From Clostridia bacterium (GTDB taxonomy: Bacteria > Bacillota > Clostridia > Christensenellales > CAG-917): a stretch of 64,000 bases of DNA. The notes under the pieces were generated by a model. The model was not told the origin of the DNA, did not search any database, and saw only the letters and a list, made by a program, of their open reading frames with translations. Below are positions 30,815 through 39,764 of this stretch, one piece after another. Numbering within the stretch: position 1 is the first letter of the stretch; each line of letters opens with the position of its first letter. The stretch is taken from positions 3,136 through 67,135 of the forward strand of contig JAFZVB010000005.1 of the NCBI GenBank assembly GCA_017618055.1, written 5' to 3'. The position numbers and the translations under genes were made by a program.

Positions 30815-32482
30815 TTATTGCTCTCTAATGACATCTGTTAAAGCGAATTCTTTAACGTGTGTAAGAGCTTGTGCTGCTTCAGTTCTAGATTCAACAACTG
30901 GTCCATCAAATTCTCTTGGTCCAATCTTTAACTTCCAGAAGAATCCACCATTTCCTTCTTCAATTGTTGAAGATCCTTTTAGTATTGCTTTTCTGAAACG
31001 ATTAATATCTGCTTTTGCTGCATCAGTTGTAGCGTAGTTGTATGATTCATAAATGGCAGTACCCTTATTGTCATACAATGTAAAGAACCCTTTTTCTCCT
31101 GCATGTTCTGCAACATATTTACCATAGATAAGAGATGTATCTAAGCCGTCTGTCTTCTTTTCTGGTACGCCTCTAAGTGATTTGTCTTCATTAAGTGGCA
31201 TTGTTGCAAGTCTTGCTGCTTTTTTAGCTTCAACTGCTTCTCTACGTTGTTGCAATTCATCTCTCTTTGCTTGGTTAACAGCATTTTGTTCTTCAATTTC
31301 TTGTCTTCTCTTAGCAACGTTTTCTTCTCTCTGCTTTGCCATTGCGGCTGCCGCTGCTGCTGCGGCTGCTGCTGCAGCTGCTGCTTGAGCTTCAGCTTCT
31401 GCCTTTTGTCTTTCTGCTTCTGCACCTCTAGCGAGAGCTTCTTCTCTTTCTTTTTGAAGTCTTTCAGCTTCAGCCTTTCTACCTTCTTCTTCAGCCTTTC
31501 TAGCTTCTTCTGCAAGTTTCTCTGCTTCTGCCTTTTGTCTTTCTGCCTCTGCTGCTGCAGCTGCTTGTGCTTCGGCTTCTGCTCTTGCTTTCTCTGCGGC
31601 TGCTTCTTGTGCGGCTGCTTCTGCTTTGGCTCTTTCGAGTGCTGCTTGCTCTTCTGCAGCTTTAGCTTCAGCTAATCTCTTTTCTTCTGCTGCTTTTGCT
31701 TCAGCAATTCTCTTAGCTTCTTCTTCTCTAGCAATTTGTTGACGTTTCTTAGCTTCTTCTACTTCTCTTGCTTTTTCGTCTTTAGCTTCTTGTATCTTAT
31801 TTGCCATTTCAGCTTCATCTCTTTCGCCTTCATAATAGCAACCATCTACTTCGTCATAATAATATCCATCATATTCACCAGAATAGTTATCCCAGTTTGC
31901 TGTCCATTCTTCATTAACAACTTCTTCTTGTGCTTCATCACCAACAGATGGTGGGATGTCTGGAGCATCTTCTCCAACTGGCTCTTCTTCCTTAGCTTCT
32001 TCTTGAGGTTCTTCTTCAGCTTTTTCTTCTTCAACTGGAGCTTCGATAACTGCAGGAGCAACTTCCTCTTCTACTGGAGATGGTTCTTCAACCTTTTCTT
32101 CTACAGGAGCCTCTTCCTTAGCTTCTTCTTTCTCTTCAACTTCAGCGTCTAACAATTCGCTTTCATCAATACCATCAACTAGAGTACCTGTTGCAATTTC
32201 TTCTTCAGGTTCTTTCTCTTCTACTGGAGCTGGTTCTTCAGATTGTTCTTCTGCTGATTCTTCAACTGGTTCTGGCTTTGGTAAAACTTTGCCTGTCTCT
32301 GGATCACGTTCATCATAAATAGGTTCAATTTCTTCTTCCTTGTCCTTCTTGCCTTTAACTGATGCAACGATGATGATTACGATAACTAAAATAAGTGCTA
32401 CGATTCCGAGTGCTATACCAATTAACATAGGTAATGTGAACTCAATTCCGAATAATGTTAATGCTAATAAAGAAGCTGCCAT
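30815..32482 (-). CDS. Single-TM protein with acidic linker, TolA-like Ala/Glu/Lys coiled coil and C-terminal tandem YegP/DUF1508-like domains
   Basis: N-terminal TM; E/P-rich then A/E/K/R-rich region; C-term GFFTLYDNKG..IYES.NY.T...A and FFWKLK...ESRTEA..A...VK repeats. Confidence 0.7.
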   Translation of the reverse strand: MAASLLALTLFGIEFTLPMLIGIALGIVALILVIVIIIVASVKGKKDKEEEIEPIYDERDPETGKVLPKPEPVEESAEEQSEEPAPVEEKEPEEEIATGTLVDGIDESELLDAEVEEKEEAKEEAPVEEKVEEPSPVEEEVAPAVIEAPVEEEKAEEEPQEEAKEEEPVGEDAPDIPPSVGDEAQEEVVNEEWTANWDNYSGEYDGYYYDEVDGCYYEGERDEAEMANKIQEAKDEKAREVEEAKKRQQIAREEEAKRIAEAKAAEEKRLAEAKAAEEQAALERAKAEAAAQEAAAEKARAEAEAQAAAAAEAERQKAEAEKLAEEARKAEEEGRKAEAERLQKEREEALARGAEAERQKAEAEAQAAAAAAAAAAAAAAMAKQREENVAKRRQEIEEQNAVNQAKRDELQQRREAVEAKKAARLATMPLNEDKSLRGVPEKKTDGLDTSLIYGKYVAEHAGEKGFFTLYDNKGTAIYESYNYATTDAAKADINRFRKAILKGSSTIEEGNGGFFWKLKIGPREFDGPVVESRTEAAQALTHVKEFALTDVIREQ

Positions 32483-32781
32483 TTTATCCCTCTCTGTTGC
32501 TAAGAAATCTTCGTATGCGATATATAATAGTACATACTATTCGGTATTATAATACACAGCAAAAAAATGTTCAAGAAAAAGCACCATGATTTTACAAAAA
32601 TTTTTAGTATTTTTGTATGCCAAAATTGGCTTTTAAAGGGGTTTTCCAACACAAAACGGGTTTTATTTTTCATTTTTATGATTTAAAGTGCCGATTTGTA
32701 TAGATAAATGTTTATAAAATACAAAAAAATATGCCCAGCATATAGCCAGGCATAGTGTCTCTTTTATTATTATATTAGGTA

Positions 32782-33135
32782 TTATATAGCGTCTCTTGTG
32801 GCTATAATATCTACCCCTAATCCAAGTACATCTTTAATAATTACATCCCCAATTTTTGTGTCCTTTGAAGATCTAATATTACGTACTGCTTCTGTTACTG
32901 CAAAGATTTTATCCTTAGGAACTGGGCCAGAAGTTTTAACTGGTTGGGCTGTTCCATCTTCACATAAAACAAGTGTTGTTACTACTCTCATAGGGTTAAC
33001 AAATTCTTGCTCTCCATACTTCTTTCCTCTTATACAAGTATGGCCTGTAACCTCTATCTTTCCATCTATTTCCTCTACAACTAAAGGACATCCCATAGGA
33101 CAATTAATACATATTGTTTCTAATTTCCTCTTCAT
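32782..33135 (-). CDS. DUF1667 family CxxC protein
   Basis: CINCPMGC..C.RG..Y..P.R..TT; third gene of the glpA-like cluster. Confidence 0.88.
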   Translation of the reverse strand: MKRKLETICINCPMGCPLVVEEIDGKIEVTGHTCIRGKKYGEQEFVNPMRVVTTLVLCEDGTAQPVKTSGPVPKDKIFAVTEAVRNIRSSKDTKIGDVIIKDVLGLGVDIIATRDAI

Positions 33136-33136
33136 A

Positions 33137-34369
33137 TTATGCCTCCAATTCTAGAGTAATATCTCCAGTAATCTTACTCTTATCTAAGTCTATATGTTGC
33201 ATCTCACCTGGAGCAACTATTTGATATTTCTTTGTTAGTAATACCTCGTCTCCACACTTAACATTAAGTCTTGTGTTTCTATATTCAGCGCCAACTCTGA
33301 AGAATATTCTAACCTTTCCTTCACCACTATATACAACTTGTGGCAAAGCATATCTTACTCCGTTAATAGCGTTGACATTGTACTTATTTCCTTTGTTATC
33401 TAGCTCTCCAAGAGCATACTTTGCAGCACATGCACCAGCAATCTCAGCTTCTTCTGAAACATTATCTACAAGGTCATGAACATGCAAAACATTACCACAA
33501 CTGAATAAGCCATCCATAGATGTCATTCTATACTCGTCTACAACAGCACCAGATGTAATATTACTCATCTTAACATCCATACCGTTAAGTAGATCATTCT
33601 CTGGAATAAGCCCAACACTAAGAAGGAGTGCATCACATTCTACATACTTTTCCTCACTTAAAATAGGCTGCATCTTTTCATCTACAGGAGCGTAGTATAA
33701 TCCAGTTAATCTTGGCATACCTTCTACTCTTGTAATTGTATGTGAGAAATGCAATGGGATGTTAAAGTCATTTAAACATTGTACAATGTTACGTTTTAAT
33801 CCACTTGAATAAGGTTGCAATTCTAGTACCAACTTAACCTCAGCACCCTCTAGAGTCATTCTCCTTGCCATAATTAAGCCAATATCACCACTACCGAGAA
33901 TAACTACTTTCTTTCCAACAAGATAACCGTCCATATTGGAAATCTTTTGTGCAGCACCTGCTGTGTATATTCCTGCTGGTCTTGTGCCAGGAAGTGTTAT
34001 TGCTCCAGCTGTTCTTTCTCTACAGCCCATAGCAAGTACTATAGCCTTTGCTTCTATATGTACTAAACCTTCCTTAGGACTAAGTACTGTAACAACCTTG
34101 TCTGCGCTTATGCTAAGTACCATAGACTCAAGCATAACCTTTATATCTGTTTGCTCAACTTTTACTTTGAATCTATTTGCATACTCTGGTCCGGTTAATT
34201 CTTCTCCGAAATAATGAAGACCAAAACCATTATGTATGCATTGGTTAAGAATACCACCAAGTCTTACATCTCTTTCTAAGATAACAACAGATGCACCATT
34301 CTCTTTTGCTTTAAGTGCAGCTGCCATTCCTGCAGGACCACCACCAATAACTACAACATCATACTTCAT
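33137..34369 (-). CDS. FAD/NAD(P)-dependent oxidoreductase
   Basis: GGGPAG, GGILNQCIH.GFG, GSGDIG, GNVLHVHDLVD. Confidence 0.9.
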   Translation of the reverse strand: MKYDVVVIGGGPAGMAAALKAKENGASVVILERDVRLGGILNQCIHNGFGLHYFGEELTGPEYANRFKVKVEQTDIKVMLESMVLSISADKVVTVLSPKEGLVHIEAKAIVLAMGCRERTAGAITLPGTRPAGIYTAGAAQKISNMDGYLVGKKVVILGSGDIGLIMARRMTLEGAEVKLVLELQPYSSGLKRNIVQCLNDFNIPLHFSHTITRVEGMPRLTGLYYAPVDEKMQPILSEEKYVECDALLLSVGLIPENDLLNGMDVKMSNITSGAVVDEYRMTSMDGLFSCGNVLHVHDLVDNVSEEAEIAGACAAKYALGELDNKGNKYNVNAINGVRYALPQVVYSGEGKVRIFFRVGAEYRNTRLNVKCGDEVLLTKKYQIVAPGEMQHIDLDKSKITGDITLELEA

Positions 34370-34371
34370 GG

Positions 34372-35796
34372 TTAATCCTCCTTAATCCTAGAGATAGCTA
34401 TTTGGCTCTCTCCCATATCTTTCTTTATCTCTGAAATAGTCTTTCCAGTTTCTCTTGCAAGAATTTCTATAACTCTTGTGCCACAGAATCCACCTTGGCA
34501 TCTTCCCATGCCAGCTCTTGTTCTACGCTTAACTGCATCTACTGTTGTTGCTGGAAGTGGCGAATGTATTGCTTGAACTATTTCGGCTTCTGTTATTTTT
34601 TCACATCTACAAACGATTCTGCCCCATGCCTCGTTTTCTTTAATTAAGGCATTGAGTTCGTCATCTTTGAGTTCTAACAATTTCTTTTTCTTTGGCAATT
34701 GGACTATATCGTCCTTGTATTTTACTTCTTCTTTTTCTTCTAGGAGTTTAATTACATACTTAGCAATTGCTGGAGCTGAAGATAATCCAGGAGAACAAAT
34801 ACCAAGTATTTGTATGAAGGATGGTACTACGTCTGAATATTCTACAATGAAATCATGTCCAACTATGGTTCTAACACCAGCATAGGTTCTAATTATCTTT
34901 CTGAAGTTAGGTTTGTCATAGGTTAATGCAACATTCTTCTTTATCTCTGCAAAGCCATCTAAAGTGGTTGCAGTATCTCCTTCTGTTGTTGCAACGGATG
35001 TTGGTCCGTATATAACATTACCATCTGCAGTTGGAGCAACTAATATTCCTTTTCCTTTTTCTGTTGGTAATGGGAAGATAACTGTAGAAACAGCTTTTCC
35101 TTCTGTACTATCTAATACAAAATAATCTCCACGTCTAAATTCTGTCTCGTAATGGCAAGCACCAGCAAGATCATTTATTCTTGCAGCACCTGCACCAGCA
35201 CAGTTGATAACATACTTTGCTTTGTATATGCCGTTTGTAGACCATACAGTCCATTCTCCGTTATTATATGCAAGTTTGTTAACATTTGCCTCGAGAACAA
35301 CTTTAGCGCCGTTTAAAATGGCTCTGTCTGTTGCTGCAATAGTAAGTTTATATGGAGAAACAATACCAGCCTCTGGTGCATATAATGAATACTCTATATC
35401 TTTAGATATATTTGGTTCAATTTTAAGTGTTTTCTCTCTGTCTAGAATTTCAACTTTAACTCCATTCTTAATTCCTTTGTCATAGAGTTCTTGGATTCCT
35501 TTTAAACCTTCTTTTGGAGCAACAACTATAGATCCACATTGCTTTGCTGGAACATGTAATTCTTCTACAAGCTTCCACATTAAAGCATTGCCTTCTACAT
35601 TAAACTTTGCTTTGTTTGTACCTGGAACGCAGTCATAGCCAGCATGTACAATACCACTATTAGCTCTAGATGCTCCAGATGCAACATCATTTTCTTTTTC
35701 AAGTAGTATAGCATTTAAGTTGGTCTTGGCTAATTCATCTAGGATTAATGTTCCTACAACACCACCACCAATAACTATACAATCAACTTTTCCCAT
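34372..35796 (-). CDS. GlpA-like FAD oxidoreductase with BFD-like [2Fe-2S] domain (probable glycerol-3-phosphate dehydrogenase)
   Basis: GGGVVG, ANSGIVHAG, SPGLSSAPA, CRCE...GRCQGGFC. Confidence 0.88.
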   Translation of the reverse strand: MGKVDCIVIGGGVVGTLILDELAKTNLNAILLEKENDVASGASRANSGIVHAGYDCVPGTNKAKFNVEGNALMWKLVEELHVPAKQCGSIVVAPKEGLKGIQELYDKGIKNGVKVEILDREKTLKIEPNISKDIEYSLYAPEAGIVSPYKLTIAATDRAILNGAKVVLEANVNKLAYNNGEWTVWSTNGIYKAKYVINCAGAGAARINDLAGACHYETEFRRGDYFVLDSTEGKAVSTVIFPLPTEKGKGILVAPTADGNVIYGPTSVATTEGDTATTLDGFAEIKKNVALTYDKPNFRKIIRTYAGVRTIVGHDFIVEYSDVVPSFIQILGICSPGLSSAPAIAKYVIKLLEEKEEVKYKDDIVQLPKKKKLLELKDDELNALIKENEAWGRIVCRCEKITEAEIVQAIHSPLPATTVDAVKRRTRAGMGRCQGGFCGTRVIEILARETGKTISEIKKDMGESQIAISRIKED

Positions 35797-35818
35797 ATCT
35801 TATCCTAAGTAAAAATGA

Positions 35819-36403
35819 TTATTTATCTTTCTTTGGGAACTTAATAGGTTCAACATAATCTACTGGTTTCCCATCTTTGAATCTCTTGTTGTATTCATCG
35901 ATATTATCTTTGATAATAAGCTCTGCAAATTCTCTGTTCTTTACCTTGAATACAGCTGTAACCTTTCCTTCCAATTGCTTATATACTCTAAAGAAGTGTG
36001 AGAATTCATCCATAATATGTGGAGGAAGTTCAGAGATATCTTTATAAATATTCCATGTTGGATCATTAAATGGTATAGCAATAACTTTGTAGTCCATATC
36101 TCCACCATCTTGCATTAACATAACGCCAATTGGATAACAACGAACTAGTGCTAAGGATTCTATAGATTCAGAACAAAGAACCAAAACATCTAGTGGGTCT
36201 TTATCATCTGAATAAGTTCTTGGAATAAATCCGTAGTTTGCTGGATAGTGCGTGGATGTATATAAAACTCTATCCAAAATAATTAAGCCAGTTTCCTTGT
36301 CTAATTCGTATTTGTTTTTGCTGCCTTTTGAGATTTCAATAACTGCTATGAAATCATCCGGTTTTACTCTGTCTGGGTTGATATCGTGCCAAATAACACT
36401 CAT
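35819..36403 (-). CDS. ppa: Family I inorganic pyrophosphatase
   Basis: KYELDK, YPANYGFIPRT, DKDPLDVL, FF.VYK.LE. Confidence 0.95.
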   Translation of the reverse strand: MSVIWHDINPDRVKPDDFIAVIEISKGSKNKYELDKETGLIILDRVLYTSTHYPANYGFIPRTYSDDKDPLDVLVLCSESIESLALVRCYPIGVMLMQDGGDMDYKVIAIPFNDPTWNIYKDISELPPHIMDEFSHFFRVYKQLEGKVTAVFKVKNREFAELIIKDNIDEYNKRFKDGKPVDYVEPIKFPKKDK

Positions 36404-36432
36404 TTTTCTATCTCCTAAAAGTTATTACTTTT

Positions 36433-37770
36433 TTATTTATAAATTTGCATAAAGTACTTAAAGAACTTAACTCCACCGCAAATGGAATCGATGTCAATAC
36501 TTTCGTTTGCTGCATGCATTGCTGCTAATTGTTTGAAATCAAAGTAGCAAGGTTCACATCTAAATGCATTAGGACAAATTGTTTGCATAACTCTGCAATC
36601 TGTACCACCTGTCATTACGTATGGAACTATAGCCATTGGTTTAAAGATTTCTTTCAATGCATCTGTATATAATTTGAATTGTTCTGTTGTTGTATCTATC
36701 TCAGGATTTGCATCTCTTGCAGAAATAACTTCAACTTCACATTCAAACTTTGCTGCTATCTTTGTAAGTTTTTCAATAACATCTTCCTTCTTATCCCAAG
36801 GCATAAGTCTTAAGTTTGCAATAACATATGCCTCCTGTGGCAATACATTAGGTGCAGCTGATCCACTAGATTGTGTAAATACCATTGTTGTCTTTAACAT
36901 AGCATCTACCATATTACTAATCTTTGGTCCTATGCATTTTATTAAAGCCTTAATTAACCATGTTTGTTTTAAGAGTCCTTTATATGGTTTCTTTGCGCCA
37001 TCTGCAAGACCTTTAATTGTTAACATCATGGTCTTAGTTACTTTTCTCTTAAATAATTTATGTTTTGTGCAATATGTTATTAACTTTGCAATTCTTTCAA
37101 AAGGATTGTTTTTCTTTGGTGTGCTAGAATGTCCGCCTGCACTTCTTGCTATGAACTTGATATCTGCATATCCCTTTTCTAAACAACCTAAAAGTGCGAT
37201 ATTCTTTTCTAAGTATTTTTCTGCAACGCTAGCTCTTGCCATAGCGCCACCCTCGTCTATGACGAGATTTGGTTGAATATTGTGTTCTAAATACCAGTTT
37301 TTAGCATTAACAACACCATCTCCAAATTGTTCTTCACTATCTGAATAACTAAGATATATGTCTTGCTCTGGGACAAATCCTTCTTCCATGAGTTCTTCTG
37401 CGGCCCTCATGGTGATATAAACAGAGTTCTTATCATCTCCTGTTCCACGTCCCCAAATCTTTCCGTCTTCAATAACTCCAGAAAAAGGAGGATATTTCCA
37501 ATCTCCACCAACTGCAGGAACAACGTCTTGGTGTCCCATTAAAACTAATGGTTTATCTGAAGATTTACCTTTCCATTTAAGAATAACTACATCCTCTGGA
37601 AGTAATGTAAATTCACAATTCTTCCAAACTAGAGGACATAATTCCTTATATTTTTCTCTCATTGCAGCGAAGTTTTCACTGCCAGATCTTGTTACTGTTG
37701 GGAATTTAATAATTTCTGAGAATTGCTTTGCATAAAACATCTCGTCATTCTTAAGGTTGAAATCTATCAT
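36433..37770 (-). CDS. M20 family metallopeptidase/amidohydrolase
   Basis: GHQDVVP, GRGTGDDK, EE, DEGG, GHSS, GGTD, H..NE. Confidence 0.92.
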   Translation of the reverse strand: MIDFNLKNDEMFYAKQFSEIIKFPTVTRSGSENFAAMREKYKELCPLVWKNCEFTLLPEDVVILKWKGKSSDKPLVLMGHQDVVPAVGGDWKYPPFSGVIEDGKIWGRGTGDDKNSVYITMRAAEELMEEGFVPEQDIYLSYSDSEEQFGDGVVNAKNWYLEHNIQPNLVIDEGGAMARASVAEKYLEKNIALLGCLEKGYADIKFIARSAGGHSSTPKKNNPFERIAKLITYCTKHKLFKRKVTKTMMLTIKGLADGAKKPYKGLLKQTWLIKALIKCIGPKISNMVDAMLKTTMVFTQSSGSAAPNVLPQEAYVIANLRLMPWDKKEDVIEKLTKIAAKFECEVEVISARDANPEIDTTTEQFKLYTDALKEIFKPMAIVPYVMTGGTDCRVMQTICPNAFRCEPCYFDFKQLAAMHAANESIDIDSICGGVKFFKYFMQIYK

Positions 37771-37866
37771 TTTAAAACCTCTATAATGTTAAATACTGAT
37801 ATAAAATATTATCATAATTATATAATTATAGTCAATATTTGCCCCTCTCAAAACAATAAAATATTC

Positions 37867-37898
37867 TTGCAAATGCACAAATAATATGCTAGTATAAT
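37867..37898 (+). promoter_or_regulatory. Sigma-A promoter of tRNA-Leu(CAA)
   Basis: TTGCAA (37867-72), 17 bp spacer, TG-n-TAGTAT overlapping TATAAT just upstream of the tRNA. Confidence 0.6.
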
Positions 37899-37905
37899 AA
37901 CGCTT

Positions 37906-37993
37906 GCCGGCGTGGTGAAATTGGCAGACGCGCTGGACTCAAAATCCTGTGGGCTCAAAACCCGTGTCGGTTCGAGTCCGACCGCCGGCACCA
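37906..37993 (+). tRNA. tRNA-Leu(CAA)
   Basis: GCCGGCG/CGCCGGC acceptor stem, anticodon loop CT-CAA-AA, long variable arm, GGTTCGAGTCC, encoded CCA. Confidence 0.97.
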
Positions 37994-37997
37994 GCAC

Positions 37998-38030
37998 AAA
38001 AAAAATACCCTCATTGCGAGGGTATATTTT
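37998..38030. terminator. Bidirectional terminator between the tRNA and the WYL gene
   Basis: A-tract, ataccctc-attgc-gagggtat stem, T-rich tail; lies between convergent genes. Confidence 0.8.
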
Positions 38031-38044
38031 AATATTTCTGACGT

Positions 38045-39031
38045 TTATTTGTTTTTATACTTTTCATATTGTTGAAAAATTATTTTAGATACTTCATCTT
38101 TTAACCATTCTGGTTCTAAAACTTCGCAATCTGTTCCAAATCCTAAAACAAACTTAATGGTATTATAACGATAATGCATGTCGCATTCTAATATTGTTGT
38201 ATCTTTGTCTATAGGTGTAACAATTTGATTCTGTCCATAAATATATTCCTTAATATACATAGCAGGTCTTCCTGTGAATTTAAGCTTGATATGCACCCAT
38301 TCTCCTGCTATTTTTTCATCATTTGAAGATGTCCAATCTGTGCCACCCTTTAAACCTTCTTCATCAATGTATTCCCTTTCATTATAATAAATTGGTATAC
38401 GAAATTTATCATTCTGTATTTCTAAACTTTCTATTCTATTTAATTTAAAATACAACACCTTTTGCATAGTTTCACAAAATGCCAATACAAACCATGCATT
38501 ATTATAAATAAATAATTTATAAGGACGAATAATCCTTTCACGAACAACGTTGTCATTTGATAAAAAGGCTATCTTCAATTTCGTCCTAGAATTAATACAA
38601 TCCTCTATTATTTGATACCTTTTATTTATCTCATCAACAGGCATAGATAGTGTTACACCTGGTATAATAAAAGTTGGTTGAGGAGGAGGCAATTCTTCAA
38701 TTGAGGAAAGTACTTTTGAAATTGAGGTTTGATAGAGTTTTGTATCTATCAAACTTCCTCTAGCTACTAAATGATCTACACTTATTTGTAGTATTTTCTT
38801 TTCCTCGTCTGTTAATTTCAGACTAGGCATTGTTCCCGAACGATCTAGTTTATACCCACCATATTTGCCAGGAATACTAATTATATAATAGCCTGCTTCT
38901 TCAAGTTCTTTTTTATATTCAATAACATTTCGTGGGTATGTTTCTAAAAGGTCTGCCAATTCTGAAATCTTATACACGCGACCAGATTTTAAAATCTGAA
39001 GCATTAGAATACACATCGCAGCTTTTCCCAT
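38045..39031 (-). CDS. HTH-WYL(-WCX) transcriptional regulator
   Basis: N-term wHTH (ELADLLET..RNV...L...GY.I...G..GGY.L); WYL core R.IRPY.L......WFVLAFC...YFKLNRI; C-term VLGFG..CEVLEP.WL. ATG 39031 preferred over TTG 39037 from the GGAG RBS position. Confidence 0.93.
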   Translation of the reverse strand: MGKAAMCILMLQILKSGRVYKISELADLLETYPRNVIEYKKELEEAGYYIISIPGKYGGYKLDRSGTMPSLKLTDEEKKILQISVDHLVARGSLIDTKLYQTSISKVLSSIEELPPPQPTFIIPGVTLSMPVDEINKRYQIIEDCINSRTKLKIAFLSNDNVVRERIIRPYKLFIYNNAWFVLAFCETMQKVLYFKLNRIESLEIQNDKFRIPIYYNEREYIDEEGLKGGTDWTSSNDEKIAGEWVHIKLKFTGRPAMYIKEYIYGQNQIVTPIDKDTTILECDMHYRYNTIKFVLGFGTDCEVLEPEWLKDEVSKIIFQQYEKYKNK

Positions 39032-39105
39032 AAACAATTCTCCATAATAATCATTTTAAATTATTATAGCAATTAATCATTTATTTTTCTATATATCTAA
39101 AATAA

Positions 39106-39246
39106 CTATTTTCTCTTGATGCCTGTATCGCTTCTCTTAGCGTGCCACTGTCCATTCAAGTTTCTGGAACGATTCATTCCAGCTGTAGGACCAGTCTTCA
39201 CTACAGGACCATGAGTATATCTAGGTGAAATTCCAAATATTCTCAT
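39106..39246 (-). CDS. Small basic protein, 46 aa (below the ORF-track cut-off)
   Basis: AGGAGG RBS, then MRIFGISPRYTHGPVVKTGPTAGMNRSRNLNGQWHAKRSDTGIKRK*; starts 12 bp after the upstream stop. Confidence 0.75.
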   Translation of the reverse strand: MRIFGISPRYTHGPVVKTGPTAGMNRSRNLNGQWHAKRSDTGIKRK

Positions 39247-39258
39247 ACTCTTACCTCC

Positions 39259-39747
39259 TTATTTATTTTTTGGTTTTTTAGATGGGATAGAATACATCTT
39301 TCTCATGTAATCTCCCCAAGGATCGTATACGGGTTTACCAGATGGAGTAGGCATCCCATACTTATAATGCATATAGTCGTTCCAATCAAAATTATTAATT
39401 GATGGTGTGTTATTAGTTATTGGTGTTGGTTTTGCTTGATGTGGGACACGCTGTCTTACTCCCTGTCTCTTCTTTGGTGTAAAATAACTACTTGTTGCCC
39501 TCATTATTTCAAGGTACCTTTGAACTTTTTGTACATCAATTGGAGTAATTTGAATTACACCTGCTAGGCCATGGCAAACATCATCTCTCTTAGTTATCAA
39601 TGCCTTTAGTTCATCCCTTTCATTTATAGTAAGAACACCTCTATTAAAAGCTTGATCTGCCCATTCTTTACCACATCTCCTAATAATACTTTGAGCAAGA
39701 TTATTAATACGATTTACTATATTAACAAAATCATTCTGTTCGTTCAT
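39259..39747 (-). CDS. Putative HEPN-like protein with low-complexity C-terminal tail
   Basis: All-helical N-terminal ~85 aa with KRDDVCHG (Rx4H) after A..RGVL....RDEL..L; AAGGAG RBS. Confidence 0.55.
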   Translation of the reverse strand: MNEQNDFVNIVNRINNLAQSIIRRCGKEWADQAFNRGVLTINERDELKALITKRDDVCHGLAGVIQITPIDVQKVQRYLEIMRATSSYFTPKKRQGVRQRVPHQAKPTPITNNTPSINNFDWNDYMHYKYGMPTPSGKPVYDPWGDYMRKMYSIPSKKPKNK

Positions 39748-39764
39748 AAGCTTCTCCTTTTTTG

